A stretch of 64,000 nucleotides of DNA from Paraphysomonas bandaiensis (lineage: Eukaryota; Protista; Chrysophyceae): NCBI GenBank assembly GCA_965644295.1, contig CBFFRP010000133.1, positions 124,001-188,000 on the forward strand, given 5' to 3'. Below are positions 48,101 to 62,493 of the stretch, in pieces (positions within the stretch are counted from its first letter, which is position 1; each line of letters begins with the position of its first letter). The position numbers and the translations under genes were made by a program. Under the pieces are notes generated by a model. It saw nothing but the letters and a program-made list of their open reading frames with translations. It had not been told where the DNA came from and did no database searches.

Positions 48101-51100
48101 AAAGTATTTTTTAATTTTAGACCGTATTTAAATTTTGCGATGCTCTGGATATGATTTTTCCCCCTCTTTCGGCGTTCTTGTGTCCTGATTCGTCCGAAGT
48201 GTATCATCATGCGAGTGCTCCAAGGATGAAGTGCCTAGCCCCTTTGTGTTGGTTAAAAATGACAATTGTTATTGATTACGTGATGCTGGAGCTGCAATCT
48301 GAAGATATTGTAGATGCTCGAAATTACCAAGCAGATATTGTGAGGTCATTCGCTAATATTATTTCTGATCAAGGGGCGTTTTCACGTGTCGCACACACTG
48401 CAGAGAGGCATGCTATTCTTAGAATAAGTAGACTTGGCACTGAATCAAACGTTGTCGAATCGTCTCTCCGTGCTCTCACATCTGCATTGGAGCAGAGATT
48501 AGACAGTGATGATATTGACGTAATGGTGAGTGATACGATTGATTCACTAAATCCATATCCATCAAGGTCGTCTGATCTCATTAAGCCTATTTTCTCTTTT
48601 CGCTTATCTGGCGTGGAGTGCACTGCCACTTATCTCACGTATGACACCCGAAAACGTCTTTGCATTAGAGAGTTGTTAGTTTCTGATCAAGATTTTAGTC
48701 CAATTTTACATATTTTTTCTAATGCTACTAATTCTGAGCCCTTTGCTCCATTGTTGGAATCTGTACCACGAGATAAAAGACATGGATTTCAGACATTTTC
48801 GAAGAAATGGGCAAAGAGAGCGACATATTCTAAACAAAATCTTAAAGCCGCCGTGGCATCCGGAGGTCCTGTGGCCATAAGCGCTACATATAGCGAGTAC
48901 GATTCGTCTTACGGCTATGGATATGGCGGAGAAAATGTAAATTACATTTATGATGCTTCATGTGAGTGGCTGCGGAGACCGAGGTCGGGAGAATTGACTA
49001 TCAATGTACAGAACATTGACCTATTGTTGACGCCTCAAGGGCTTCCGTTCGTCGTAAAGGGTTTTTTGCCTCTGTGTAAAGGTTTAAGTGGTAGATGGCG
49101 AAATTATGAGTGGCTCCATGGTGATGCAAATTGTTCGGATGAAGGACTTCCTCGCTCTTTTTTTGTGTCAGAAAAAGAATATGAAGTTGATTTGATGAGT
49201 CACGTATATGTATCTTGTGGACACGTAGTCTTGGAAACTACTGGGCAATATTTGGCTGAAGGGGTAGTTACGGACGTTAGTATTGATATTTCCAACTTGA
49301 ACTGTATTGAGCAGCATGTGTTCAAATTGAACAGAGGTGATACGAAGTTTCCAACATGTCACATATCATCCGAAGTTGTCGAACTGCATGATTTATCACC
49401 TGCAGGAACTTTACATCCTTCCGTTGTTTCGAAAGAAATGCAATCACACGCAACGATGTGCACTTTGAAATTTACGTTAAGAGATGGTGTCGTGGACATA
49501 AGATTGACGTTGAATGATATCAGAGTGTGTCTGCTCTGTAGATTTTTGACAGAAATAATAGATTTTTGCAGTACATTTTTTTTAAAACGACTACTACAGG
49601 AAGTATCCGCGTATGAAGAGATATTACCTAGTATTTCTAGTTTGGCGCGAGGCCGGTTCAGTGAGCATTCCGTGTCGTCGTCAGTGAGTGACCACGCCGA
49701 ATCGCATCGATTAGGACCCCCAGAGGTTATTTCTGTCGGTAGCACAATGAGCATTCATATTTTCAGAATAATCCACCGAATTTTAGCGTTTGCGAAGTTT
49801 CTTACTCCTGGTCCCTTATTTTTGAAGTATGAACATAGAGGGCACACGTTTACGTCTCTTAAACTAAATTGGCAATTAGAAATGCACCGACTGGCTTTGT
49901 GTTTACCTAGGAATACTGTATCAGATGATATGGTTGGTGTAACAGTGGAGCACGTATTGTTAACTGAAAAAAACGAGCCAGATACGTGGTCAGATCCAGA
50001 AAAGGTTGCTGCAGCTGATGGTGAGACCCTATTTTTCGATTGTGCAAAGAATGAATGGGTAAGTTCAGCGTTGGTTTCGAGTGAAGGTGAATCCACTGAA
50101 GGTGACACTTCTGCAACGGAGGATTATTCAGATGTCGAAATTAGATATGCCCCTGATATCTCAAAATTACCGCAACGAAAAACTTATTTAGGGCGGTTGT
50201 TCGGAACTACTAGCTGCAGCACACAGAGTGACGATGGTGTAGACTTTAGTTTGTCACTTGAAGAAAACAAAGCGCGTTTTGAGGCACCACAGAAATTGTT
50301 TGCACGAGATTCTATGGTTGATGTTGAAGTTGACAGTCTGGAGAGCGATAGTAGTGACGATGAGTTTCAAGATACAATTGAGGGGCCAGCGATGCATAGC
50401 AGCGAGCTTTTCAACTCTCACTCAGCTCCGAACGTTGGTCAGCCGATTTTCACGAAAGGGTCTTGCGTTATTTCGGCGTGTGGTGCAGGATTCTTTAGCC
50501 GCTATGTGGCTACACTTTCAGATATTCATATTTATTGTTGTCTGTGTGGTTCTTCAACATCTACATTTTCTTCTGGTGACCATTATCAAGATAAGCACAG
50601 ACGGTTCTTGAGGATTCAACCCGATTGCGCGGTTTACTCTGTGTTGTACGATGGCAAGAGTACAAGAGTACTCTCAAGGGAGCGTTGGAAACAATTAACT
50701 TGTTTGCCAGTGAGTACGCAAGTCATAGTGGACTGTGTTGACAAGACGAACCGAATAATAATATCTGAATTCGAAACTCCCTCTCCTATTGAACTTAAAA
50801 TATCTATTTCTGAAATGTATTTACTATTAAGTGTGTACTATGATAACTTTTTTGAAGATGCGGCATTGCTTACTTCACGTCCCAACCCGCTCGACCTTGA
50901 CGAAGGAACGAAGACGCACAAGTACTCTCCGCTTTGCCACTATCCCCAGTATGGAACACGAGAGTACTGTGAATATTTAAGACGTAGTTCCAGCTGTTTC
51001 GACATATTGTTTATCCGATCGTCTATTTCTGTTGAGTGTTCTATGGATAGTCATGCTTTCGATAGACCTCCGGATTGGCTTAAGCATTTTGACGGGGAAG

Positions 51101-54100
51101 ACTGGCACTCAAGTGACTTTACATCGAGTGGGCTTAAGAGAGTACCATTTGCCAGCCTTAATTTGCGATGGATAAGTCTGAAGTGTCGTATTGGAAGAGA
51201 TGTTTCTCAAATTGCTCTTGGGGTTGGGAATTTTCACTTCTGTGATACGAGACCTTCTCAACAAGTTAAGGGAGAAAATACAATTAATTTATCCGCTTCA
51301 AAGTTGCCGCTTCATGGGTATGCGGATCTTGATTATGGGCTGAATCATGGACCTTCAAGTATTAGTACATCTTTAGACATTCCAGTCAAGATATCAGTTT
51401 TTGCAGTCACGAATTCGTGGTGTACATGCAACATAGGAGTAAACTCCCCAGATAGCGACTTTCGAAATTTTGACGCTTTATGGCTCCTTTATTATTTCTT
51501 TTCTTTGTATTTTCGCTTTCCTGAATACGGAAACCCGGCTGTAGCAGCCAAAAATACAATTGCTGTATCAGAATGGCCTTATGGTGGACTTGATTTTCGA
51601 GTATTTGTTGTCGATCCACACCTGCAAATATCAGAAAATATGGGTTCAGGGGCTCAGTCGGTTGTCATTGAGGCAGCTTCAGGAATGTATTTCCGCTATA
51701 TGAACGATTCCAATGGGTCGATACGATGCGAGATGCATGTGAATGATTTAGCGTTAATGATGGTAAAAGTGTACAAACCGTCTTCTGAAACTCGTGGAAT
51801 CCGAGGTACATCCGGCAGCGGCCGTGGTGTTCGCACTGTCCTGGAGTTTATAGATTTCAAATTTAATCTTCATTATGATAAAGTATTGTGCCATTTGGAT
51901 ATCATTGTGTCAGTTTCACCATCGGCGACGGCTCTCCATTCAATTTCTCAGGATCAAAAGAAACATTCAAATGGACTCGAGCACAACACTCTTTCTGATG
52001 TACCAACGTATATAAATTTCGATGATGAGTCTCTGGAGCTTCCATTCGCAGCCTCTTCGGCAAAATGTATTACTCCATTTGTCGCCCCCTCACGGAGCTT
52101 TCCTCGTCGGTGTTGTCACATTGTATCAAGTTATGAAGATTTATTGTTCGGAATTACTCTTATTTCTGATGTTGTGGGCTTGAAAAATATTCGAGCCCTA
52201 TTCAAAATTCCAGGGAAGTCGTCGAAGGTACGTAGCAGGGCAGTTTTCTTTTTGTGACAATGTCTTGTAGATTGGTAAAGGCGGGACATCGAGCGAATAT
52301 GTATCTGTATTCTCAGTCATAAAAATTCAATTCGTGAAAATGATTGTGGTGGACAATGTTTTAGGATTGCATTTACCACTCGTACAGGTACTACTGCAGT
52401 AGTTCTTTTTAATTTTACGGAATTCACGGGTATTTTAGCTTTATTTAAATAGTATCGACACCACCGTGGATTTCAACCCATTGATGGACAGGACAAGTAA
52501 GGAAAAGCTTCCTGGTGATAAAGATTTTAGTTCTGCAGATCGCATGAGTGCTTCCTCAGACACCCCTCCACAATTGAATCGTGATAGTTTCACATCTAAA
52601 ACTCCTTTTGTCGTGCAATCGAGATTGAGACAATGTTGTAATCTGGTAGCATGGGCTGACTATTTCAATAATGTGCTTAAGTGTTGGGAGCCACTTCTCG
52701 AACCAATACAAGTAGCTTTTTTGCATGAACAGGTATTTTAATTTCTTTACTCTATATATATTTCAAAGCACTACAGAATCCAGAGCGTGGTGTTGGATAT
52801 ACCCTCCGAGTTCAGAGTTGCATTCATTTTAACATCACTGTCATTATGGTTCGTATCGTATGCGAACTTGCGAGGATTATAGAGGATGTTATCAAGAAGC
52901 TGAGGAGACAGTCGCAAAAAGAGAATGTATCGTTTATTATACCCACTTGCATTATGTGATTCAGGTTTGTAGGAGGAATATTCTGTTGACGCTGCGATGT
53001 TAGAGCAAGTTTCTAGCGGCGAGAGAGAAGCTACGACAAGTTTTCGAAGCAGAGTACGACGAAGCATACGACTAAGCCGTGGTGCTTTGCCCGACGTTGA
53101 TAACAATGCGTTGACACCGAAAAATACGGTATATTTTCGATACGGCATGGAACATTTTCCCACTGCTTCATTGAAGCCAACTGCAAGAGTGGGATTTTCC
53201 TGCCTCAACCTAACAGGGTATCCAATTCGATACTTGCAAATTTGGGAGGATGGGAATCGTCACACTGTGCAGTATCTACAGGATGGGGAAAGGGGTCTTC
53301 TTAATTTCATCGCATCGAACACACTCATACGTGACAATGAAATAGTGGAGGAGTCGTTCTCTGTTCAGACTATAGGCGTTGGGAAAACTACCTCATTGAA
53401 GCGGATGATTGGTCATCAAGTGGCTTTACAGGTCGCTGGTTACACATGGCTTCGTGCCGTGCAGGCAGATACCTTGGGCACCAGGTTTGAAAGCTTAACT
53501 GCTGTTTCTGATAAGCTGGGCTTAAATGCCTTTCTCGATAAATGGGAAATACGGAACGCCTTGAAGCTGGTCACAACTGTCGAGCCTCGAAATGGTGGGC
53601 GGCTCTTAACGCTTAGTTCTCCATTTATGATAAAGAATTCTACTAATCACCCTATATACGTTCTTGCTCATTCTGAGTGCAATCTCAGCCAGGTTATCGA
53701 TGAAACACCTTTCTTCGTGCCGGCTGGAGAGTGCTTCAATGTTCCGATTGCATTATTTCATTGCAGTGTATTGGAATCAGGCGGTCGAAGTCTGGGCTAC
53801 CTGTGGATAACTCCAGCGGAAAAGCGGGCGATTATTGATGAATTGGGTGTTTCGTCACATATGATCAGTAGAGCGAGTTATTCATCAAACCCTATTGATG
53901 TAATGAAAATTGTCAGGAAGTCAGGGCGAAACACTCATCTTAATTCAGAGCAGCTGTCATGTCAACTTCTTAGTCAAAGCCGGTCTCGAAAGGCAGGTGA
54001 CGATAAAGTTCAGTTGGATTCTCGAGGTTCGCTGTTTCTGGCATCTGATGACACGAAAGTTCCAGTGCCAACTCGAAATATTAACTTCGATAACTTGCCT

Positions 54101-57100
54101 ACATTTTGTTACAACGTAGAAATTGAATGTCATGGTGGTCCCAAAGCATCGAGAGATGGAGAATTATCCAATATTAATGGAGATGATGGTACATTCACTT
54201 CAGGCAAGCTCTCTGACATTTTGTTTTCACAACGTGATCGTGAAATAAATAAAGTCCCGCCGCCATGCATATATTCAATAGGTAGGTCTGTTTATTATAT
54301 GTCGTTTTTGACGGTGAGACTTTCTAGTTATTCACCCGACGATTATTCTCGAGAACTTACTTCCAGTGCGTGCTACTTTTGAATTGGGGAATGCTTCTCA
54401 CAAGAGCTTACTCTGGAGTTCATCTTTGGAACCTGGACAAACGATATCAATACATACAGTATCTCTGGATAAAGATATTGTTCTCTCGGTAAATTTAAAT
54501 TTTTGCTTATCTTCGGAGAGTGTCTTGGTACATAGGTTACCGTTAAACAACGACGATGAAAACCGTTTGGCTAATACTGTTCATAAAACCTTCGAAGGGC
54601 TAAGAGGCTTTCTTGACGACAAAACGAATTCGGATTCTTCTATTCTTCTGACGGACAGTGCTGGGCAAAGATTGCGGTTACAGATAGAAAATACACTCGG
54701 TGGAGGGGGTAATAGATCCATTGTTGTTTACTGTCCGTACTGGGTTGTTAACACATCGCAATATACACTGCGTCTGAGAGAAGATGGCGCACAATATCTT
54801 CCAGCTGGTACCGTAAGTGCGAAAGGGTGCGTATGTCTAAGCTGCACTGAAAGTAAGTAATTTTAACTTGACATATGTTGACCAGGGATGGCAGAGTTCC
54901 TGTAGCTGCCGGGCGTTCTCACAGCCAAAGTACAGACCATGAAGCACTACGTAGACATCCTCCTCAGCATTCGACTAGCATGGATAGACAGCCATATTTT
55001 GGCGAACGAGTATTTCCGGGATGTCCTGGCCCTCTTCACAGTACAAATGTTAAAGAGATAAAATTTGACTCTCCTCTCAAGAATCTTCTCCATGATCTTC
55101 AGTTTAATCAGCTATTGGATATGTCATCAATGTTCAATTTTGAACCTTCTGATTCTAGGATTCTAGGAACACAGAAAGTTATCGCCCAGTTAGATGACTC
55201 AAATTGGTCAGAATCATTTACATTGGAGAGTGCTGGTGTAAAACAAGTGTTAAGCGTGGATCACGCAGAACGTGGAATGTTAGAGCTAGCTTTCAAAGTG
55301 GCAACTGCTCCTGGAAGGCTAGCAAAGTACACGAAAATTATTCGCTTTTCACCGCGGTTTGTCGTTGTTAATAAACTGAAATATTCAACACGTATTGTTC
55401 AGACGAACGGGTTTACATTTGATAAAGTTCCAATTCATGTTTCTGCCAACCACTTGCGTCCGTTTCATTTGCCAGCTGTATTTGGTGAAAGACAAGTTGC
55501 TATTGAAGTATCTGGCCCATGGATGCGATCTGTTCCCTTTGACGTTGACAACCTACAAAGTTACACTCTGCGTCTGCGACCGAATATTGATACATCTACT
55601 ATTGATCACATTCCGACCCGAGGTACACCAGAGTATGATGTAATTCTTCCGGCTGGTGAAGTAGGTATATGGTTTGAAACAGACTGGAGCCAGGAGCAAA
55701 TTGTCGTGAAACGAATAAGACCTGGAAGTGTTGCTGCTACAAAGACTGATATTCAAACAGGAGATGTTCTTTTGGCGGTTGATAACGTTTCGATATCACA
55801 ATCTCCATTTGAAGACGTTATGCAACAGCTAAAAGAAAAACAATCGCAGAATGGATGTACATTAACATTGCGCACTGTTGAGGAGAAACTGCGGTTGTTG
55901 CGAGATAATGCTCTCATCGCTGATGACACAGAACACAAATCCTTCCTGTCAATTAAGAATACTGCTGCTTCTGGTCGCGGAGATATGGATGAAATCTCTA
56001 GTAGTGGTAGAGATCTTGATATTCATGTTCAAATGAGAGCCGTTGACTCAACTATTTTCTTGACTATTTCTGAACTCGACCGAAATATACTACCTGAATA
56101 CCGTGTGGCTAATTATTCCAGCTGTTATACTCTTCACTACAGGCAAAAAGGGGTTCGAAATGGAAAATGGTCGAGTTTAGACCCTGGGCTGACGGCGCCT
56201 TACATTTTTGAAGACCCCACTAAACCTCGCCGACTGTTGTTACGTATCGGGAAGAACACACTTTGTCCCACTGCGGGTAGATTGAATGCACTTGCAAAAA
56301 TTAATGATAATGTTTTCAGTTGCCTTGCTGTGGGCGAGGAAAACAATGTGGTATCTGTTCTATTTGACGAGATCGGATATGAGTGTATGGTGCCTATTGC
56401 AGGAGTAGATGCTAAGCTAAACGCAGTTGTGAAATCGAAAGGACCGACTAAAGTTCTGCAGATATCGCCAGACGAATGTGTTCGTGAAGTGGAACTGAAG
56501 TATTGCTTAGGCTTTATATGTGAACAAATTGCATTGCTTAACTTATTTGTGTCCGATTTGGATGAGGATAAGCGTTGCCTTAAGAGCCCAGTACAAAGTA
56601 AAATGATGCGTCGCCTCGTCGATATACAGAGTAAGCAGCGGCGATGCAAACTTATTCATGAGGCTTTGTATGAAGAACGATTGTGCGATTTAGTTCACGC
56701 CCCGCCTTTGACACCTAGTTGTATTCCTTTTGAATCGTTGCTGGGTCCAGTTGTGTCCAATAAGGACACTATTCTTGTAGAAGTTTTGGAGGCTACGGGA
56801 TTGAAATCATCTTCTTTAGGAGGAGCTGTTGAAGCTTATTGCGAATTGGAACTAAAAATGCCGAGTTCTATGTTATGGTATAGTGTGTATGCATTGGGGT
56901 GACATCAGTGCTTATATTTTTCTAGGAAGGAGTTTCGTCAATCTCAACGTACCTATATCAACGATGAAATAATTGATCCTCATTGGGTTGATCAGATTTT
57001 TGTTTTTAATGTTCCGGTGTCACCAGCTCACTCAATAAGAGGTTACTACATTCGCGTCACAGTGAAGAGTCGAACTACTGTGGGAACCGATAGCTTTCTT

Positions 57101-60100
57101 GGTCATACGGATATTCCATTCACATCTCTTCAGTCTGAGAATGAACTATTGGGCTGGTTTCCTCTTAAGGTGAATCATGTTTAGCTTGACATCAACAATA
57201 ATATTTTGTTTTAAAGCCAAGAAAGAATTCTATCCGTGCTTCACCTGAGTCGCTCCAAGTAACTGGTTCGATTAAACTCAGAGCACAATGGATACACAGC
57301 ACTGAAGCTTTAGTGAAGCACATTAAAGATGCTGCTCTGAGGTATGTAATGAGAGATACTGTTTTAGCTGACTCATAATTCGTTTAAAGTCGGATCGATG
57401 AATTAAGCTCACAATTGAGTGTACAGCAAAAGCATTTGCGAGTGATGCTGGATGTTCATCGAAGCATTCCTGAAGCTCCTCAAAAACACCTTCGCAATGC
57501 ATTCATGAAGCCAACTGTGTCAAGGCGAGAGAGTAAATGGGTTGATGACAGCGGTGGCGATGAGTCAATGAGAAAGTAGGTATTTTATTCGCAATAATTG
57601 ATATCAAGTTGTTATATTTTAGGGCAAGAAGTACTCCAGTGCCTGTAAAGCGCCGTTCCAAGCGCCATATGGGAGTAACCAGTGGACTTACTTCCGTGAA
57701 GAGCAATCGAGTGGCTTCCAGCACTCGCTTGTCTCCATCATATTTTCATGGGGAATACCGTGCAGTAAAGTGTCATACAAGTCGTTTGAGAAGAATGCTG
57801 GCTACCCAACAACATCTCCCGAAGGGATCACGTGCAATGACCAGAAAAGAGGATGCTATATTGAAGTGTGAAAGGTTTGTGGAAAGTATCGAGCTTGAGG
57901 TTAAACGAAGTTTTGATATCGTCAACACAACGACGGGTACGATTGAAGTGACACCAATTCGAGCAATTAATGTGCCACAATTTGATCGACCTGTATATGT
58001 GCAACTTACGTACGGTGATAATGTGTCTAGAACATTTAGTGTGGTGCCCGAGGTGTCACAAAGATCATTTTGCACGCAATACGAGTGGTTAGCTGTGCAC
58101 TTGGACAGTGGACCTGATTGTATATTCTGTGGTCCAAGATTTGTTAACAACAATTCAATTCAAGGTGGTGAGAACTATCATGTGTTCGAAAGCTTGACAA
58201 AACTAGTCGAAATTGATACGCTCAACCTCAAAGGAAGCTTAGGAGTCACAATCATGGAGGAGAGGTTTCCTAAACCGAAAGAAGTTGCGCATGTTGACAT
58301 TCCTATGTTTAGTATTTTGGAATCTACGTGCATCGTGGAGTCTGAGTTTCACACGTTGTTGTGGTTTCCGCTTACGACTTTTGACAGTCCGTATAATAGT
58401 TCATCTCGTTTGTACGAAAATATATGTACGCCGGGGACTGATTCTGGTGTGTCTCTGATACCGCATATATGTATTTCCTTTCGTTGGCTTTCCCGATATG
58501 TAAATGTTAAGTGTCCTAGACTGTATGGATATTTTCAATTGCCAGCGTTGTCGTTTTCAGTTGTGGATACTCCGAAATCGCAAGAAGTTATGCAGATCAA
58601 CATTCGTGATGTAGTTGCAAGGCACGTTGATACACTTCAATACACGGAATCCAGTTTGAATGTGTCGTGGTTTCAAGTTGATAACCATTTGCCCGACTGT
58701 AAGTTACCAGTAATTGTTTGCCTTACTCCTGAGAGACGTCCACAGCCTGGGCTCCGAATACATGTGCGCCGTAATAATAACCTTTGCCACGACCACTTGG
58801 AGTCTTATGACATGATAGAGCTCATTTTACAAGAACTTGATATGAATCTAGAGCAGCAAACAGTGGCCGCCCTGTGGGATATTGCCCACTGCATTCTGCG
58901 TGACAGCATGTCGAGGACATTGGAACTTAGTACCAGTGTTTCGAGCAAAATTGTAGTTGCTACTGAAGTGAGTAGATCCCTGCCTGATGAAGTTATGTCT
59001 GAAAGTAAAGTATCCGCTGACGTTGATGATGACAAGGTATATGTTGATCATTTTTACATTGCTCCGATCAAAATTAATTTATCTTTGATAACGAACTCTC
59101 ATGATTCGTTGATCTCAACGGCTAAAATTGATTCTATAACTACCCCTAATGGTATACATTTGCGAGATATGTCCCCCGTGTCTTTGTTTTTATGGCAAGT
59201 CGGTGAAGTTGTTCTCGAATTAACATCAACTATATCTGATGCTCCTGTAAAGTTAAATGGTATGGCAATTGATAATTTGTTTCGAACGTGGACAGAGATT
59301 ATATCTACTCTCCAAGAACACTATCTCAATTCATCACTGGGTCAGATATACAGAATTGTTGGATCTTTGGACCTAGTTAGTAGCCCTGTCGGTCTATTAT
59401 CATCGTTGGGTATTGGCGTTCGTGATTTTTTTTATGAACCGACGCATGCTCTGATTACTAATCCCACAGAGTTCAGGAAAATTGGGAAAGGAGTTGTCAA
59501 AGGAGCAGTTTCTTTGGCGAGCAAAACGGCCGACGGACTCATAGGTACGACTACAATCGCGACCAGATATGTCAGCAAAAGTGTAGCTATATTAACCATG
59601 GATGATGCTTTTCTTCGAAGTCGCGAGAGACTTAATAAACACTCCGATGGATTGTTGTGGCTCACGACGCGCCCTGTTCAGGATATAGCAAATGGTCTGT
59701 ACTGTGGTGTTGTTGGTGTACTTCGTGTTCCGTACTATGGGGCAACACGAAATGGGGCCACTGGCTTTGTGACAGGCTTGTGCAAAGGAGTAGCTGGGGT
59801 TGCAACGAAACCACTTGTAGGTGTTCTTGATGCGGTAACGCACACCGGAGAAGGAGTACGACATCTTGTAAAAGTTCTGAATCGCAAAAGGAGGAATGTT
59901 ACACAAGAAAAAGTACGATATTCAAGTATATTTGGACCAGATGGAAGACTCTTACCATATTCTCACTCAGTGGCGTATGGGGCACATATTCTACGTCATT
60001 TGAATATGAGCGGGACTAAAGCGAGTGGTTTGTCGTTCATAGCACAAAGGGGAGAGAAGTTCAAACAAGTGTCAGTATCGAATATATATGATGGTTCAGG

Positions 60101-61766
60101 GGTTAGTAGTTCAAGCCGATGGAGTAGAGTTAAAACGGGACTGCAGCGTCGCATGTCATCTGCATATTCGGGAGTAAGTTTTACGGAGTCGATGCCTTTA
60201 TCGCGAAAACAAAACCACAATGTATTTGACATGCACGGTATTAGTGGTGAAGAAAGAGTTGTGTACGCTAGTATTCTCAGTAGGAATAACGATGACGACT
60301 TTGTTGTAATAGTTACAACTGCTCGCGTTATTTTTGCAAAGACATGGACATCTAAAGGACCAGCATCTGCTGAAGTCGTGTGGTACTGCAACATTCGTGA
60401 TATCAAATCTATCATTCTGTTGCATGATGATGAGAAGTATTCTTCGTTAGTGTTTTCTACTGACTTTGTTGAGGACGAGAGTCCTGATCGGAAACTGGCG
60501 GGGGAAAGGACTATGATGGAGGATTTGGCGAACTGTCTCAACACCGTGATTCATAAATTTGATCGTGTCGACACAACCAATGTGCTTTATGAAGAAACTG
60601 ACAGTATCATTCATATTGGCCCATGGCAGTATATGAGGCCTGGTGTCAAGGATACTGACAACTTAGCCGAGGATGATTTGGACGATATATGCCTAAAACA
60701 ATTGGAGAATTCTTCCTGGGTAGTTTTTGAAGAGCATTCGGATAGAGTTGTCCCCACATGGCTACGACGTGCTCGAGTATCTGCTGTCAGTGCGCACTTG
60801 ATGGCTACGAATGTACACGATATAGGTTTGTCGTCCGAGTGCAGTGAAACTGCAACCGAAGAAGAAGAGCCATTGCAGGAGAGGAAATTGAGTGCTTGTT
60901 CTCAATATATTGACTCTAGAGGTGTTCATACCGTTGAACCCTCTCCTGAATACAGCGAGTCAAAGCAGAGTAATGGAAACAGTGCTGGAAAAATAGTGAG
61001 ACAATTCGGTAGCACTGTTCGACGTATGTTCAAGCATTCTGGGCGAGAAAACATTCCTGATTCTTGTGGGGTTGAAGGTAGCCGCAATTCGCATGCCGGC
61101 GAATCGAATGTGACAAACGATGTTGATCCACTGAACGCATCACAGTTGAAATCTGGTGAAGGTAATGATTTTGTGGAAACTATTACGGAGGGAAATGCAA
61201 TAGTACAGAGAAGTGCGGACGTTGTCTTAGAAGCAAAGTCTTTTCGGCATCCAATATATGAGTCAAGCAATATTGAGTCGCCAAAGGATGAAAATAGCAA
61301 CACATACTCTCCCCACATTGATGAATTGACAGGGTTTGCCTATTCACATGAATGTACACCATGCGCAGATATATCTGGAACAAACAGCGCTTGTATGTCG
61401 CCTATATCAAACCCAATTGTCATTGACAAGTCGATGCTGTCTTGTGACAGTGCCTCTGATAGTGATGTCAATATTTCACACGGTGATCCAGCTGATGCAT
61501 GCTGTGCAGACAGAGAAAAATGTGCGGGTAACATCCAACCTGCTGAAGCGTCTGATAGGTGCGAACTATATTTATTATTCGTCATAATAACATGCTTCAG
61601 AACTATTTCAACAACTCAGTCTCTTCAATACAGAACAGGTACGATTTAGTGTTAAACGTACTTATAATGTCCTTATTACCATGAAGTAGATGAATCGGTT
61701 TCTGTCGATGAAATGATGAAACGCTTGCGAAGAGTGGAGAAATTGATGACTGTTCTTGCAAAGTAA
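45170..61766 (+). CDS. VPS13: VPS13-family bridge-like lipid transfer protein (~5200 aa): chorein-N, VAB/SHR-BD repeats, PDZ, C2, VPS13_C/ATG2_C, PH-like; 20 exons
   Basis: Chorein-N (VGILQGNVNLRNL..G.IGSL.IRIPW), WEPLLEP, YCPYWVVN, TKIIRFSPRFVVVN, FQVDNHL, YRIVGSLDLV..PVGL..SLG.GVRDFFYEP and GVATKPLVGVLD. The ORFs are joined in frame by 19 GT-AG introns of 42-59 nt starting at 45257, 45339, 45599, 45784, 46800, 48069, 49739, 52228, 52388, 52733, 52927, 54282, 54827, 56878, 57170, 57342, 57576, 61559 and 61639. Confidence 0.9.
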
Positions 61767-62493
61767 GCCCTTATCTCAAATAATCCGTTGAGCTTATAAT
61801 TATATTAGTACTCCCGATGGCGCGCGAATAATTAATGATATCATGATGAACGAATGTGATCCTGGAGACAGCTAGAAAATATACCACTTTCGATTGTTAT
61901 ATACAGTGGTATATGGTGTGGGTTTCATTGTCTGTATATGTGTCTATAACTGGGAATATTGTTATCAGTATCTGTACCATAGAATGTACATTTTACTCAT
62001 GTGTTATCATATTCTATGCGTGTTCAAAAAATTCATGTTTTTTATGGGACAATATTTTCTGAATAGAAGGAATATTTTTTTCAATCTTGTTTCGTTAGCA
62101 CACACAAACACGAACGACGCGAATGGATTCAGGGTGCATTATGGATATTGCATTATTATAGGTTGATAAAAAGGTAGCTGGTAGTATTTTCCCAACCAGA
62201 GATCTGGTGTTGGCCGAGGCCTCGGCTTTGAATTCATATAATAGCAACTTTTAATAATTGATGACAACATATATTATTCTTTTATCTCCTATCTATGAGC
62301 TACCAAAAATTCGACCATAAGATCATAAGAGTTTTTTAAATTCAATGAGTTAGATTGTGAAATCGCAAAAGATGAATGTCAATAAAAAGTCAAGAACGGT
62401 GATCATTACTGACGAAAGACTAAATTCTACGCTAGGATATCAGCTGGATGACATACCAGCGTAACTTGAGTTTTTGCTATTTGGTATTTGGCA

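Noticed and set aside
45350-61649. Many separate genes, or stop-codon readthrough/alternative genetic code, suggested by fragmented ORFs
   Set aside because: Every break is resolved in frame by a short GT-AG intron, giving one VPS13 gene under the standard code.
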